Source: Myxococcales bacterium (GTDB taxonomy: Bacteria; Myxococcota_A; UBA9042; JABWCM01; BTVJ01). Taken from it: a stretch of 64,000 nt of DNA. Below the pieces are notes generated by a model. The model was not told the DNA's origin. It worked only from the letters and a program-made list of their open reading frames with translations, and ran no database searches. Below, piece by piece: positions 1-9,097 of the stretch (position 1 is the stretch's first letter; every line of letters starts with the position of its first letter). The position numbers were made by a program, and so were the translations under genes. The stretch spans positions 64,001-128,000 of the forward strand of contig BTVJ01000013.1 in assembly GCA_045863395.1 (NCBI GenBank). The letters run 5' to 3'.

Positions 1-131
1 AGGCGGTGCTGGAGCAGCTCCACACCGCGGTGCGGGAGCGCAAGGGAGAGCCCCACCGGTGGCGGGGGCTGGTTCTCCTGGTGGCGGCGCTCCTGCTCCT
101 CCTGCTCCTGCTGCCGCTGCTCCCCCCGTGA
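1..131 (+). CDS. Partial CDS (3' end only) ending in a hydrophobic transmembrane segment
   Basis: Frame starting at nt 3 reads AVLEQLHTAVRERKGEPHRWRGLVLLVAALLLLLLLLPLLPP-stop (TGA 129-131), with GC-rich third codon positions. Confidence 0.6.
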   Translation, partial: AVLEQLHTAVRERKGEPHRWRGLVLLVAALLLLLLLLPLLPP

Positions 132-154
132 GCGACCCCTCACCCGGCACCGCC

Positions 155-184
155 TTGACACACGCCAGGGGCTCGGGTAGCAAT
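155..184 (+). promoter_or_regulatory. Candidate sigma70-type promoter for hrcA-grpE
   Basis: Perfect TTGACA at 155-160, 17-18 nt spacer, weak -10 (TAGCAAT, 178-184), about 33 nt upstream of the hrcA ATG. Confidence 0.4.
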
Positions 185-216
185 GGTGCGGGGGTTCTCG
201 GGGAGACGCGCCGACC

Positions 217-1281
217 ATGTCCGCTTCCCATCAGAGCGCAGATCGCCAGGAGCTGACGGACCGCCAGCGCGAGGTGCTGCGCGCCCTCGTCGAGCTGCAC
301 TTGGGTGACTCGCGGCCCGTCGGGTCCAGCGCCCTTGCACGCCGGCTGGGTGAGCGCTGGTCCTCGGCGACCCTTCGCGCCGACATGGCCGAGCTGGCCG
401 AGCGCGGCTACCTGTCACAGCCACACACCTCTGCGGGGCGAGTCCCCACGAGCCTCGCGTGGCGCGCCTATGCAGAGGAGATCGCCTCGCGCCGCCCCCC
501 GGCTGCCCAGGCAGGGTTTCGCGCAGCCCTGCGGAGCCCCGCGGACCGGACGACGCTCATGGCGCGAGCCTGCCGGGCGCTGGCGGAGCGAGTGCCCTAC
601 GTGAGCGTAGTGGTGGCGCCGCCAGCGGAGGCTGCGGTGCTGACGCGCCTGGAGTTCGTCCCGCTGGAGCCGCGCAAGGTCCTGGCGGTCCTGATCACGC
701 GGGGCGGCCGGGTCCACCACCGGGCAGTGACGCTGGACTTCGAGGTGACCCGGGCGGACCTGGAGCAGTTCCACAACCACCTCAACACCTGGATGACGGG
801 CCTGACGCTGACGCAGATCCGCGACCGCATCGAGGAGGAGCTGGTGCGGGACCGTGCCCACGCGGACCGGGTCGTCCGAGGCGCCCTGCTCACCGGGAGG
901 CGCGCCCTGGAGGAGGGGCTGGACGAGGGCGAGGTGGTGATCGAGGGCGGCACCCGCTTCCTGGCGATGGAGGGCTTCGGTTCGCTGGACCGGGTGCGCC
1001 CCGTCCTTCTCGCACTGGAGCGCAAGCAGAGCTGGCTGCGGCTCCTGGATCGCAGCATCCTGGCGCCCGCAGTGGGCGCCCGCCTCCACATCGACGCGCG
1101 CACCATCGACGGAGGCCTCGAGGAGTGCAGCGTGATCACGGCCCGCTGGAGCTGGGCGGGGGAGGCCGGAGCGCTGGGCGTCGTGGGCCCGGTGCGCATG
1201 GACTACGGGCGGGTGATCCCGCTCGTGCAGATCGCGGCCGCCACTCTGAGCGACGTGCTCGTACACGGAGCCCACGCCTGA
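217..1281 (+). CDS. hrcA: Heat-inducible transcription repressor HrcA
   Basis: N-terminal wHTH 'LTDRQREVLRALVE...PVGS...SSATLRADMAELAERGYLSQPHTSAGRVPT' and C-terminal 'GALGVVGPVRMDYGRVIP' are HrcA signatures; followed by grpE. Confidence 0.96.
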   Translation: MSASHQSADRQELTDRQREVLRALVELHLGDSRPVGSSALARRLGERWSSATLRADMAELAERGYLSQPHTSAGRVPTSLAWRAYAEEIASRRPPAAQAGFRAALRSPADRTTLMARACRALAERVPYVSVVVAPPAEAAVLTRLEFVPLEPRKVLAVLITRGGRVHHRAVTLDFEVTRADLEQFHNHLNTWMTGLTLTQIRDRIEEELVRDRAHADRVVRGALLTGRRALEEGLDEGEVVIEGGTRFLAMEGFGSLDRVRPVLLALERKQSWLRLLDRSILAPAVGARLHIDARTIDGGLEECSVITARWSWAGEAGALGVVGPVRMDYGRVIPLVQIAAATLSDVLVHGAHA

Positions 1282-1298
1282 GGGGGCAAGGGGGACAC

Positions 1299-2006
1299 AT
1301 GACGAAGCTGGGACATGGAGCAGGACAGGGTGCGGCGGGGCGGTCGAACACGGTCGTGCCCAGCGAGCACGTCCTGATCGGCGACGACGACCTGGGCCTG
1401 GGGGCGGCGCTGCTGCAGGCGCTTCAGCACTTCGACGAGGGTCCCGCGGCGCCGCCGCCGACTCCGGCGCTGCCCGCTCCGACACCGGCTCCCGATCCGG
1501 CTGTCCACCAGGAGCTGGAGACTACCCGCCAGCGCCTCGACAAGGCCAACGGCCGCATCGAGGACCTGCGCCGGCAGGCGGACCGGCAGAGGGGCGAGTC
1601 GGAGCGCTTCGGCAACGAGCGGCTGCTCCGAGCGCTCCTCCCGTCCGTGGACAACCTGGAGCGGGCCATCGAGGCCGCCAGCCGCGGGTCCGGCGAGGCC
1701 CGGGCCCTCCTGGAGGGCGTGCGCATGGTCCACCGCCAGATCCTCCAGGATTTGGCGCAGTTCGGACTCACGTCCTTCGACTCCGTGGGCGAGCCCTTCG
1801 ACCCGGCGCGCCACGAGGCGGTCCAGCAGGTCAGTAATGATCGGTATCCGCCCGGCGTCGTCGTGGCGGAGTTCAGCCGAGGCTACCTGCTCCACGACCG
1901 GCTGCTGCGCCCTGCCCGCGTCGCCGTCAACGCCGGCGCTCCGGTTCGCCCTGTGCCACCGGACCACCAGCTCCCGGAGGGCTTCGAACCCGTCCTGGAC
2001 CCCTGA
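1299..2006 (+). CDS. grpE: Nucleotide exchange factor GrpE
   Basis: C-terminal part of ORF 459..2006; ATG at 1299 after a purine-rich RBS; motifs 'LLPSVDNLERA', 'GEPFDPARHEAV', 'GYLLHDRLLRPARVAV'. Confidence 0.94.
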   Translation: MTKLGHGAGQGAAGRSNTVVPSEHVLIGDDDLGLGAALLQALQHFDEGPAAPPPTPALPAPTPAPDPAVHQELETTRQRLDKANGRIEDLRRQADRQRGESERFGNERLLRALLPSVDNLERAIEAASRGSGEARALLEGVRMVHRQILQDLAQFGLTSFDSVGEPFDPARHEAVQQVSNDRYPPGVVVAEFSRGYLLHDRLLRPARVAVNAGAPVRPVPPDHQLPEGFEPVLDP

Positions 2007-2021
2007 CCCCCCCCCGGGCTG

Positions 2022-3455
2022 TCAGAACCCGAAGTCGGCCTGGATCAGGACGTTGACGTCCGCCACCGTGCCGTAGGCGAGCCCGCTGCCGGCGAGGGAG
2101 CCCCGGGCGGGCGCCTCCAGGGGCACCTGCACCGCGACGCCCGGGCGCACCCCGGCGAAGTGGAACCTCAAGCCCCCCGTGAAGGCGTGGACCCCGAAGG
2201 CGAGGGCGTCGTGGACGTTCACGATGCCGGAGAACTCCGCCGAGAGGCTGATGATGTCCCCCGGCGTCCCGATGATCGACGCCGAGTAGCCGTAGTAGAC
2301 GCTGGTCGAGGGGCGCGGGTCATCCCGCACGCCGGCGAGGATCGAGAGCTGGTGAGAGGTCTGGATCAGCACGAACTCCAGGTCGACGCCTGCGACCAGG
2401 TAGGGCGTGATGCCCAGGTAGCTGTGCAGGAAGCGGCGCGCGTCCAGGGGGCTCGTCAGGGCGAGGGCGTCGGCCCGCTCGGTCCCTGACGGGAGCGCCA
2501 GCTCGACGCCATAGCCGAAGCCCACGGCCGGCCAGTCCCCGAAGTGGTGGCCGAAGCGCAGGTCCAGCGTGACGTTGCCCACCTCGAAGTTGGTCTCCCC
2601 GCCCAGCCTGAACCCGGCCAGCGGCACGGTCGCGATGATGGTCAGCAGGTCCAGGTTGACGGCGAACCAGGGCTCCAGGCTGAAGGTGATCGCCTCCTCC
2701 GGGTCCGAGACGATGCTGATCAGGGCGTCGAGGGAGCTCTGGTGCGCGGCAAAGTCGAAGGACTCGACGGCGGCCCGCTCGTCGGCGGTCAGCCCGGGCA
2801 CAGCCAGGAACAGCTCGCGCCGCTGGTCGGGGCTCGCGGCGGCCAGGGCGGTCAGATCGACGTCCTGCGCCAGGTCGACCAGGGGGACGACGTCTGGGTT
2901 CTGCGCCTTGTAGTCGTCGAGGACCTGCTTGGCGACCGCGCGCACCGGCGCGATCTGAAAGTGGATGCCGAACGCGATGGTCTCCACGTCCGTGGACGGC
3001 TTGATGAACGGGGAAGAGAACAGCCGCCCCAGCTCGAAGGCCCGGTCCTCGGGCTCCTCCGGCTCATCGGGCCTGGTCTGGTCGCCTGGGGCGACATCCG
3101 GCGCGTGGGGCGGCTTCAGCGGAGCGCCCGTCTGCGTATCATAGAGGCTCGGCGGCAGAAGCGACGGGTCCACGGGCGGCCCGGAGGGGCCCGGCGGCCC
3201 CGGGGGAGCCGGGTCCCCAATCGGGGTGGAGGTTCCCGGCGCCTGAGCACCTGGGGGAGCCTGCGCTTCGGGCGCCTGTGGCTCGGGCAGGGGGACGGGG
3301 GGCCCCGTCGGCTCGGCCGGCGGCGCGGGCGGTGAGCGGGGCGCCTCGTCCCCGAGGCGCTCGCGCAGGAAGGCCGGGAGCTCCTCGTCTTCCGGCGGGG
3401 TCTGCGCGACCGCGAGGCCAGGCAGCAGGAGCAGCAGTGCGATGCGGACCCTCAC
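2022..3455 (-). CDS. Secreted protein, probable outer-membrane beta-barrel with a Pro-rich N-terminal linker
   Basis: GTG start at 3455 after GGAGGT; signal peptide 'VRVRIALLLLLPGLAVA-Q'; Pro-rich linker; amphipathic beta-strands; ends in aromatic '...IQADFGF'. Confidence 0.65.
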   Translation of the reverse strand: MRVRIALLLLLPGLAVAQTPPEDEELPAFLRERLGDEAPRSPPAPPAEPTGPPVPLPEPQAPEAQAPPGAQAPGTSTPIGDPAPPGPPGPSGPPVDPSLLPPSLYDTQTGAPLKPPHAPDVAPGDQTRPDEPEEPEDRAFELGRLFSSPFIKPSTDVETIAFGIHFQIAPVRAVAKQVLDDYKAQNPDVVPLVDLAQDVDLTALAAASPDQRRELFLAVPGLTADERAAVESFDFAAHQSSLDALISIVSDPEEAITFSLEPWFAVNLDLLTIIATVPLAGFRLGGETNFEVGNVTLDLRFGHHFGDWPAVGFGYGVELALPSGTERADALALTSPLDARRFLHSYLGITPYLVAGVDLEFVLIQTSHQLSILAGVRDDPRPSTSVYYGYSASIIGTPGDIISLSAEFSGIVNVHDALAFGVHAFTGGLRFHFAGVRPGVAVQVPLEAPARGSLAGSGLAYGTVADVNVLIQADFGF

Positions 3456-3600
3456 GGACCACCTCCGGCGCCCAGAGTAGCAGATCCGGCCTGGCCGCGT
3501 CGCCGGTCCCGATGACAGGCGCGCCGGTGGACCCGGGCGAGCGGGGCCGGCGAGGGCGCCGCAGCCGCGCCTCAAGGGGCGCCGCCATGACAAGTAGCGG

Positions 3601-3629
3601 TTGACACCGCTGGGGCGCAATGGTTGATT
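3601..3629 (+). promoter_or_regulatory. Candidate sigma70-type promoter for the DUF1287 gene
   Basis: TTGACA (3601-3606), 17 nt, TTGATT (3624-3629), just upstream of ATG 3638. Confidence 0.35.
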
Positions 3630-3637
3630 GGCACCCG

Positions 3638-4534
3638 ATGAACCGGCGCAACATCGACGGCGGACACATCCGCCTGACGGTCCTCCGCGGTGTGCCGCGC
3701 GGCTCCGTGCGCAGCCGCTGGACCATCCCTGTCCTGTCCGCCGTGACCTTCCTCGTGGCTGTCGGCGCCATCGCCCTCTACTGGGTCGAGGTCTTCGGAC
3801 CCATCTTCGACAAGCCCATGGACCCGAAGGCAAAGGCCGCCTACCTGGAGTGGATGCGGGAGCTGGGCGAGAAGGCGCGCGTGGAGGCCGAGATAGGCGA
3901 GCCCGGCCCCGTGCAGCTCGCAATCCTGGGGGCGGCACGGCGCGAGGTGGAGCGGGGCGTCACGTACTCGGACAAGTACTACACCATCGCCTTCCCTGGC
4001 GGTGACGTTCCGGCGGAGATCGGCGCCTCGACGGACCTGGTGGTGCGCGCGCTGCGCAGCGTGGGCCTCGACCTTCAGGCGGCCATCCACGAGGACCGCA
4101 AGCTGAACCCGGACCGCTACCCCACGCAGCGCAAGCGGCGAGTCGCCCTGGACCCGAGCATCGACCACAGGCGTGTGGCCAACGTCTTCGTGTGGCTCAA
4201 GAACCACGCCCAGGAGCTGACCACCCGCACGGACCCGGAGTCCCTGCGGCGCTATCACCCCGGGGACCTGATCCTATGGGGCTTGGACGGCAACCGCTTC
4301 CCCGTCCACCTGGGCGTGGTGTCCGACAAGCGCAACAAGGATGGCGTCCCCTATGCGGTGGACCTGAACCGGAAGGACGGCACCGCCTCCGAGACCCATC
4401 TGGTGACGGACTGGTACGTGAGCGCCCACTTCCGCATCACGGAGGTGCCCGCCGTCGCCCAGGCGCAGCCCGCAGCGAAGACGCTGCCCGGCGGGGCCGG
4501 CGCGCCGGAGGGCGGCACCCCGCGGCCCCGCTGA
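3638..4534 (+). CDS. DUF1287 (YijF-like, NlpC/P60-related) membrane-anchored protein
   Basis: N-terminal TM helix; 'Y..IAFPGGDVP..IGASTDLVVRALR..GLDLQ..IHED', 'SIDHRRV.N', 'YHPGDLILW', 'HLGVVSD'. Start could be 3620 or 3638. Confidence 0.85.
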   Translation: MNRRNIDGGHIRLTVLRGVPRGSVRSRWTIPVLSAVTFLVAVGAIALYWVEVFGPIFDKPMDPKAKAAYLEWMRELGEKARVEAEIGEPGPVQLAILGAARREVERGVTYSDKYYTIAFPGGDVPAEIGASTDLVVRALRSVGLDLQAAIHEDRKLNPDRYPTQRKRRVALDPSIDHRRVANVFVWLKNHAQELTTRTDPESLRRYHPGDLILWGLDGNRFPVHLGVVSDKRNKDGVPYAVDLNRKDGTASETHLVTDWYVSAHFRITEVPAVAQAQPAAKTLPGGAGAPEGGTPRPR

Positions 4535-4544
4535 TCGTGCTCCG

Positions 4545-5726
4545 CTAGGGAAGTGGCACTCCCCGCGCCCCCACCGCGACCCGCCACAGCCGCCCCTGGA
4601 AGAGCTCCGTGACGTAGAGCGAGCACGGGTCGAAGCCGTCCGCCGCACCGAAGGCGAGGCTCGCCGGGTTCTTGACGTCGCCGTTGAGCACCGTCGGGCC
4701 GCCCAGGCCATCTCCGCGGACGCGCACGATCTGCCCCGCGAAGTTGGCGGCCACGTAGACCCGGTCGTGCTCGTCCACGGCGAGGCCGTCCGGCAGGGCG
4801 GTGCCCCCGAGCGTCGCGATGACCTGGCGAGGGGCACCGCTCGGGAGGCCGTCGGCGCCCACGGGGACACGGGTCACCTCGCCGTCGGCGGTGAAGGTGG
4901 ACGCCACGTACAGAGCCGCACCGTCCGGGGAGTAGCCGAGGCCGTTGGGCGAGCCGATGTCGTCCAGGGCCACGGTCACCGCCCCGCCGGGCGCGACCAG
5001 GAACACGCGCGTGTCGAAGTCGTCGGAGACCAGCGTCGCGCCGTCCGGCGTGGAGACCACGAAGTTCGGGCTGGCCATGGGGTCGCTCACCTTGGTCACG
5101 ACGCCGGCCGGATCCACGTGCCAGAGCGCGCCGTCAAGCACGTCCACCTTGGTGCTCTCGCCCAGGTCCGCCACGAGGAGGCCGCCGTCGGGGGCTGGCG
5201 CGAGCCCCAAGGCGCGAGGGATGATCGCGAAGGGCTCGGCGGTGCCGTCCGCCTGGATCCGCCAGATCTGTCCCGTCTTCTGCTGGGAGACGTAGAGCGC
5301 GCTGCCGGGGCCGAAGGCGATGCCCTCCACGCCGCCGTCGAAGGCCTCGTGGAAGACCTGCCCCTCGCCCACCGCCAGGTCGTCCCAACACTCGTCGGGG
5401 ATGGGCGTCTCGGCGATGTCCACAGCGACCTCGCCCGTGTCCGGTGCCGAGACGTCCGCCGTGATTGCGTCCGCCGTAGTTGCGTCCGCCATGGTCGCGT
5501 CGGCCGCTGAGTCGGCCCCGCCTGCGCCGTCACCGCCCGACAGGTCGGGGGTGGTCGGGGCATCACCCACGTCGCCCATCGGCGCATCCTGGGCGGCCAC
5601 ATCCCCTCCCGGCGCATCCTGGCTCATGGAGGCGTCTTCGCTCCCACCATCTGCTCCGGACGGTGGCGGGCTCTCCGAGCCGCAGGACACGCACAGCGCC
5701 GCCGCGCACAGCCACCGCCGAACCAT
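4545..5726 (-). CDS. SMP-30/gluconolactonase/LRE-family beta-propeller lipoprotein
   Basis: Lipobox-like 'ALCVSC'; D/A-rich linker; metal-ligand motifs 'VEGIAF', 'SPNFV', 'SPNGLGYSPDG..LYV', 'PDGLAVDE..RVYVA'. Confidence 0.85.
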   Translation of the reverse strand: MVRRWLCAAALCVSCGSESPPPSGADGGSEDASMSQDAPGGDVAAQDAPMGDVGDAPTTPDLSGGDGAGGADSAADATMADATTADAITADVSAPDTGEVAVDIAETPIPDECWDDLAVGEGQVFHEAFDGGVEGIAFGPGSALYVSQQKTGQIWRIQADGTAEPFAIIPRALGLAPAPDGGLLVADLGESTKVDVLDGALWHVDPAGVVTKVSDPMASPNFVVSTPDGATLVSDDFDTRVFLVAPGGAVTVALDDIGSPNGLGYSPDGAALYVASTFTADGEVTRVPVGADGLPSGAPRQVIATLGGTALPDGLAVDEHDRVYVAANFAGQIVRVRGDGLGGPTVLNGDVKNPASLAFGAADGFDPCSLYVTELFQGRLWRVAVGARGVPLP

Positions 5727-5742
5727 GGTCGCGCCTCCTGGG

Positions 5743-7020
5743 TCAGAGCTCGTGGGGGTTCTCGCCAGTCTCGGGCGTCGACAGCGGCACTACGGTCAAG
5801 AGGTCGAGCTGCCGCCGCACGTAGTCGCGTTTGGCCGGGTCTCCGCTCTGGTAGAGATCCACCAGGGCGTCGATGCGCGCCTGGACCACGTCGTCGAAGC
5901 GCTGGATCCACGGCCACACCGGGCCCTCGTCGTGGCAGCCGGCCAGCCGATCCGCCATGTCGCAGTAGAGCCGCAGGTGGAAGTGCTCGGCGTGGGGCGA
6001 GCTGTTGTGCGGCTGCTGGAGCGCCTGGTCGGCGCGCACGATGAGGTCCGGGTCCGCCCCGGACCGGATGGCATAGTCGAGGAGCAGCTCCTTGAGCCAG
6101 TCCGCGACGAAGATGTACTGGACCTGCACGGCGGGGTCCGTGAGCAGGGCCTCCACGAAGGCCCAGTTGCGAGGAGAGTCCAGATAGACCGGGGGGGTGC
6201 GTCCAACGCTGACCCCGTCGGCGTCGAAGGTGACGTAGTCGTCGCCCGGCGGTGGCAGCGGGCGCCCCATGCGGTCGCAGAGGTAGAAGCCCAGGTCCGC
6301 GTCGCGTCCCGTGTTGTGGCTGACGCTGGGCGGGATGTCGCCCCCGCTCTGGCGGCTCAGGTTCCCGATGAGGAGCTGGCTCCCCTTCCACCGCTTGGCC
6401 ACGGCGGCGCCCGCGCGGGTGAGCGCCCCGACCAGGCCGTCGGTGCCGTAGTGGAAGCCGCGCGAGAGGGTCACACCACGCACCCGCCAGCCGTCCCCCT
6501 CCCGGGGCACGGGCTTTCCGTTGACGAGGATCCCGGTGGTCGCGTTGCCGACGGACACGCTGGCGTCCGGGTTGCCGGAGCGATCCTCGGGGATGTGGCG
6601 CCACTTCTCGGAGCCGCCGCGTGCCGGGACTGCGTCCCGCGCTCTGCGGATGGCCGCCGCGACCGTGTTTGCGTCCGGGATGACCAGCTCCGAATAGGAT
6701 GCCTCGTCGGGAGCGTCCAGCGGGGCGACGCCCAGCTCTCCGCCGGGAGCGGCCAGCGCCGCGAGCACGGCGTCCGTGGCGGCGGGCGCGGCGGGCGCGG
6801 CGGGCACGGCGAGTGCAGCGGGCGCAACTCCCTCCGCGCCCGATCCCGGCGCGCTCCCAGAGGGCGAGCGCGGAGGCACCGAGGGGCGGGCCAGGGCGGG
6901 CAGGGGCGCCAGGCTCGCCGCGAGGACCACCTCGGCCGCGCTGGCGGCGCCAGGGCCGGCGTCACGACAGGCGCAGAGCAGGCACAGGGCGGTGGCAAGG
7001 AGAGCCTTCACGGCGAGCAT
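5743..7020 (-). CDS. mepA: Penicillin-insensitive murein endopeptidase (MepA / M74 family) lipoprotein
   Basis: 'SVGNATTGILVNG', 'IGNLSRQSGG', 'SHNTGRDAD' (His/Asp Zn ligands), 'HAEHFHLRLYC' (HxH); lipobox 'LCAC'; start 7020 (ATG) or 7011 (GTG). Confidence 0.85.
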   Translation of the reverse strand: MLAVKALLATALCLLCACRDAGPGAASAAEVVLAASLAPLPALARPSVPPRSPSGSAPGSGAEGVAPAALAVPAAPAAPAATDAVLAALAAPGGELGVAPLDAPDEASYSELVIPDANTVAAAIRRARDAVPARGGSEKWRHIPEDRSGNPDASVSVGNATTGILVNGKPVPREGDGWRVRGVTLSRGFHYGTDGLVGALTRAGAAVAKRWKGSQLLIGNLSRQSGGDIPPSVSHNTGRDADLGFYLCDRMGRPLPPPGDDYVTFDADGVSVGRTPPVYLDSPRNWAFVEALLTDPAVQVQYIFVADWLKELLLDYAIRSGADPDLIVRADQALQQPHNSSPHAEHFHLRLYCDMADRLAGCHDEGPVWPWIQRFDDVVQARIDALVDLYQSGDPAKRDYVRRQLDLLTVVPLSTPETGENPHEL

Positions 7021-7124
7021 GGTCCTGGATAGCGCCGCGCCGGTCAAGGTCACGTTCCACGGGGCCGTAGCGGCGGACGCCGACGTCGTGTATGCTGCCG
7101 CGCCCCTAGACGAGGAGGGCTGCG

Positions 7125-8528
7125 ATGCGACAGGCGCTCTGCCTGATGTTGGTGCTGGCCGCGTGCGACCGTGGGACCATCGAGGCGGACGCCGAGGCAG
7201 GCCAGGACGTGGTGGCATCACCCGACACGGGGGCCGCGGATACGGCCGCGACGGAAGACGCACCGGCAGAGGACGACGCGGGTGCGGACGGCGCGACGTC
7301 GAGCCCCGACGCGGCCCCAGACACAGGCACGGACGCTGGCTCCCCCGACGTGGGTACCGGCTCCCCCGACGCAGGCAGCGGGTGCCCCGAGCCAACGGGA
7401 GAGCGCCCCCAGGCCATGGGGGAGCTGGACGGCGTGGTCGACGAGGCCCGCGGGCGCTTGGTGATGTTCGGTGGGGACGTCGGCTTCCCGGTCCAGTGCC
7501 AGTCGAAGCCGGACTACAACGACCAGACCTGGGAGCTGGACCTCCAGTGCATGCAGTGGCACCGCCTGAACACGCTGGACGAGCCGGAGCCGCGCGGGAG
7601 GCACCTGGCGGTGCTCGACGAGGAGAAGGGGCGCATGCTGATCTTCGGCGGGCGCTGGCGCAAGAAGGACACGTCGGGGGACTACACGCTCTTCCAGGAC
7701 GTGTGGGCCTTCGACCTGGCTGCTCACACCTGGACCGACGTGACGCCCAAGACCGCCGGACCCAAGGCGCGGTGGGGTACGACGGGCGCCTTCGATGCCA
7801 AGCGGCGCCGCCTGATCGTGTTTGCCGGCAACACGGGGCCGAGCGGCGCCATCTACCAGCCCACCAGCGACACGTGGGCCCTCGACGTGGACAAGGGCAC
7901 CTGGTCCAAGGTGGACGGGGCCGGTCCCCCCGCCCGCCTCTTCGCGGACGCGGTGATCGACGCGGACGGCGACCGCATGATCGTGTTCGGGGGCACGGCC
8001 GACTTCTTCGGGCCCTTCTTGAACGACACGTGGGCGCTCGATCTCGCCACGGACACCTGGACCGAGCTGCACGGCGGCGGCAAGTCGGCGCCGGAGCCGC
8101 GGATCCGGCCAGAGCTGGTCATCGACGCGGAGCGGGGGCGCCTCGTCCTCTTCGCGGGTCACGACGACGGCGCCGTCGGGAACCGCAACGACGTCTGGAC
8201 CTTCAACCTTCAGAGCGCGATCTGGACCCGCAGGTCGGCCGGTGACGAGCAGGACCCGACCGCCCCGGCCGCCGCGTTCTGCGAGTTCCCCCCCAACTTC
8301 GTGGTCACGGATCGCGACGCCCCGGAGCGCAGGGAGGCCCACTCCATGCTCGGCTGGGCAGGGGGCGACGCGGCGGTCGTGTTCGGGGGCAAGACGGACT
8401 GCGGCATCATCGACGACCTGTGGACCCTGTCCTTGGCGGACCTGTCATGGACGGAGCAGATCGAGGCGACCGTGGGGGAGTCCTGCATTCGGGCCGGAGG
8501 CGAGGGATGTCACGACTTGTGCTTCTGA
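7125..8528 (+). CDS. Kelch-repeat beta-propeller lipoprotein
   Basis: Lipobox 'LAAC'; D/A/G/T-rich linker; about six blades of 'R(L/M)(V/L/I)xF(G/A)G ... D(T/V)W(A/T)(L/F)DL...W'. Confidence 0.88.
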   Translation: MRQALCLMLVLAACDRGTIEADAEAGQDVVASPDTGAADTAATEDAPAEDDAGADGATSSPDAAPDTGTDAGSPDVGTGSPDAGSGCPEPTGERPQAMGELDGVVDEARGRLVMFGGDVGFPVQCQSKPDYNDQTWELDLQCMQWHRLNTLDEPEPRGRHLAVLDEEKGRMLIFGGRWRKKDTSGDYTLFQDVWAFDLAAHTWTDVTPKTAGPKARWGTTGAFDAKRRRLIVFAGNTGPSGAIYQPTSDTWALDVDKGTWSKVDGAGPPARLFADAVIDADGDRMIVFGGTADFFGPFLNDTWALDLATDTWTELHGGGKSAPEPRIRPELVIDAERGRLVLFAGHDDGAVGNRNDVWTFNLQSAIWTRRSAGDEQDPTAPAAAFCEFPPNFVVTDRDAPERREAHSMLGWAGGDAAVVFGGKTDCGIIDDLWTLSLADLSWTEQIEATVGESCIRAGGEGCHDLCF

Positions 8529-9097
8529 TCGCGCTGGCCCTCGGTGCGTGCGAGCGGGGCGTGATCCCCGAGGACGCCGGCGCGCAGGCGGGCTCGACGG
8601 GTCAGGGGCTGGGGGGAGACACCAGCGACCCCGAGGGCGACGGCGCAGGCGGCGCGGACACCGTGGTCGGCGAGGACGCCCCGGTGGACGCCGCAGCGCC
8701 CGAGGCCGCCTTGGAGGTCGGCACCAACGTCACGGGCAAGAACACTCCCTCGGCCTTCACGCCGCTCCCCGAGGGGGCGGACATCCAGGTCGAGCTGGGC
8801 TTCCAGGGCGCCTACATGGTCGTGCTCGCGTTCCGCTCCAGGGGCTACCCCACCAAGAAGCTGACCGTCCGGGGGAGCGTGGGAGCGAGCGGAAAGACCC
8901 TCGGAGCCATCGCGCTGAAGGGCAAGACGACCATGAAGGCGCCCGACGGGTGGTCCTACTTCTACAACCTGTTCGTGATCACGGAGGGCTGGGAGGAGCT
9001 GATCGACGGGCCCGCCACGGCCACCGTCACCCTGGAGGACGGGGACGGCGCCGTGCTGGTGAGCCGGTCGGTGAAGGGGACCCTCAGGGGTCCGTAG
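8507..9097 (+). CDS. Hypothetical lipoprotein
   Basis: ATG 8507 overlaps the end of the Kelch gene; 'MSRLVLLIALALGAC' lipobox; D/G-rich linker, then a compact beta-rich domain ('ELGFQGAYMV'). Confidence 0.75.
   Translation: MSRLVLLIALALGACERGVIPEDAGAQAGSTGQGLGGDTSDPEGDGAGGADTVVGEDAPVDAAAPEAALEVGTNVTGKNTPSAFTPLPEGADIQVELGFQGAYMVVLAFRSRGYPTKKLTVRGSVGASGKTLGAIALKGKTTMKAPDGWSYFYNLFVITEGWEELIDGPATATVTLEDGDGAVLVSRSVKGTLRGP

Noticed and set aside
459..1298. Long N-terminal extension of GrpE (515-aa ORF)
   Set aside because: Overlaps hrcA out of frame; an ATG with RBS at 1299 gives a normal-sized GrpE
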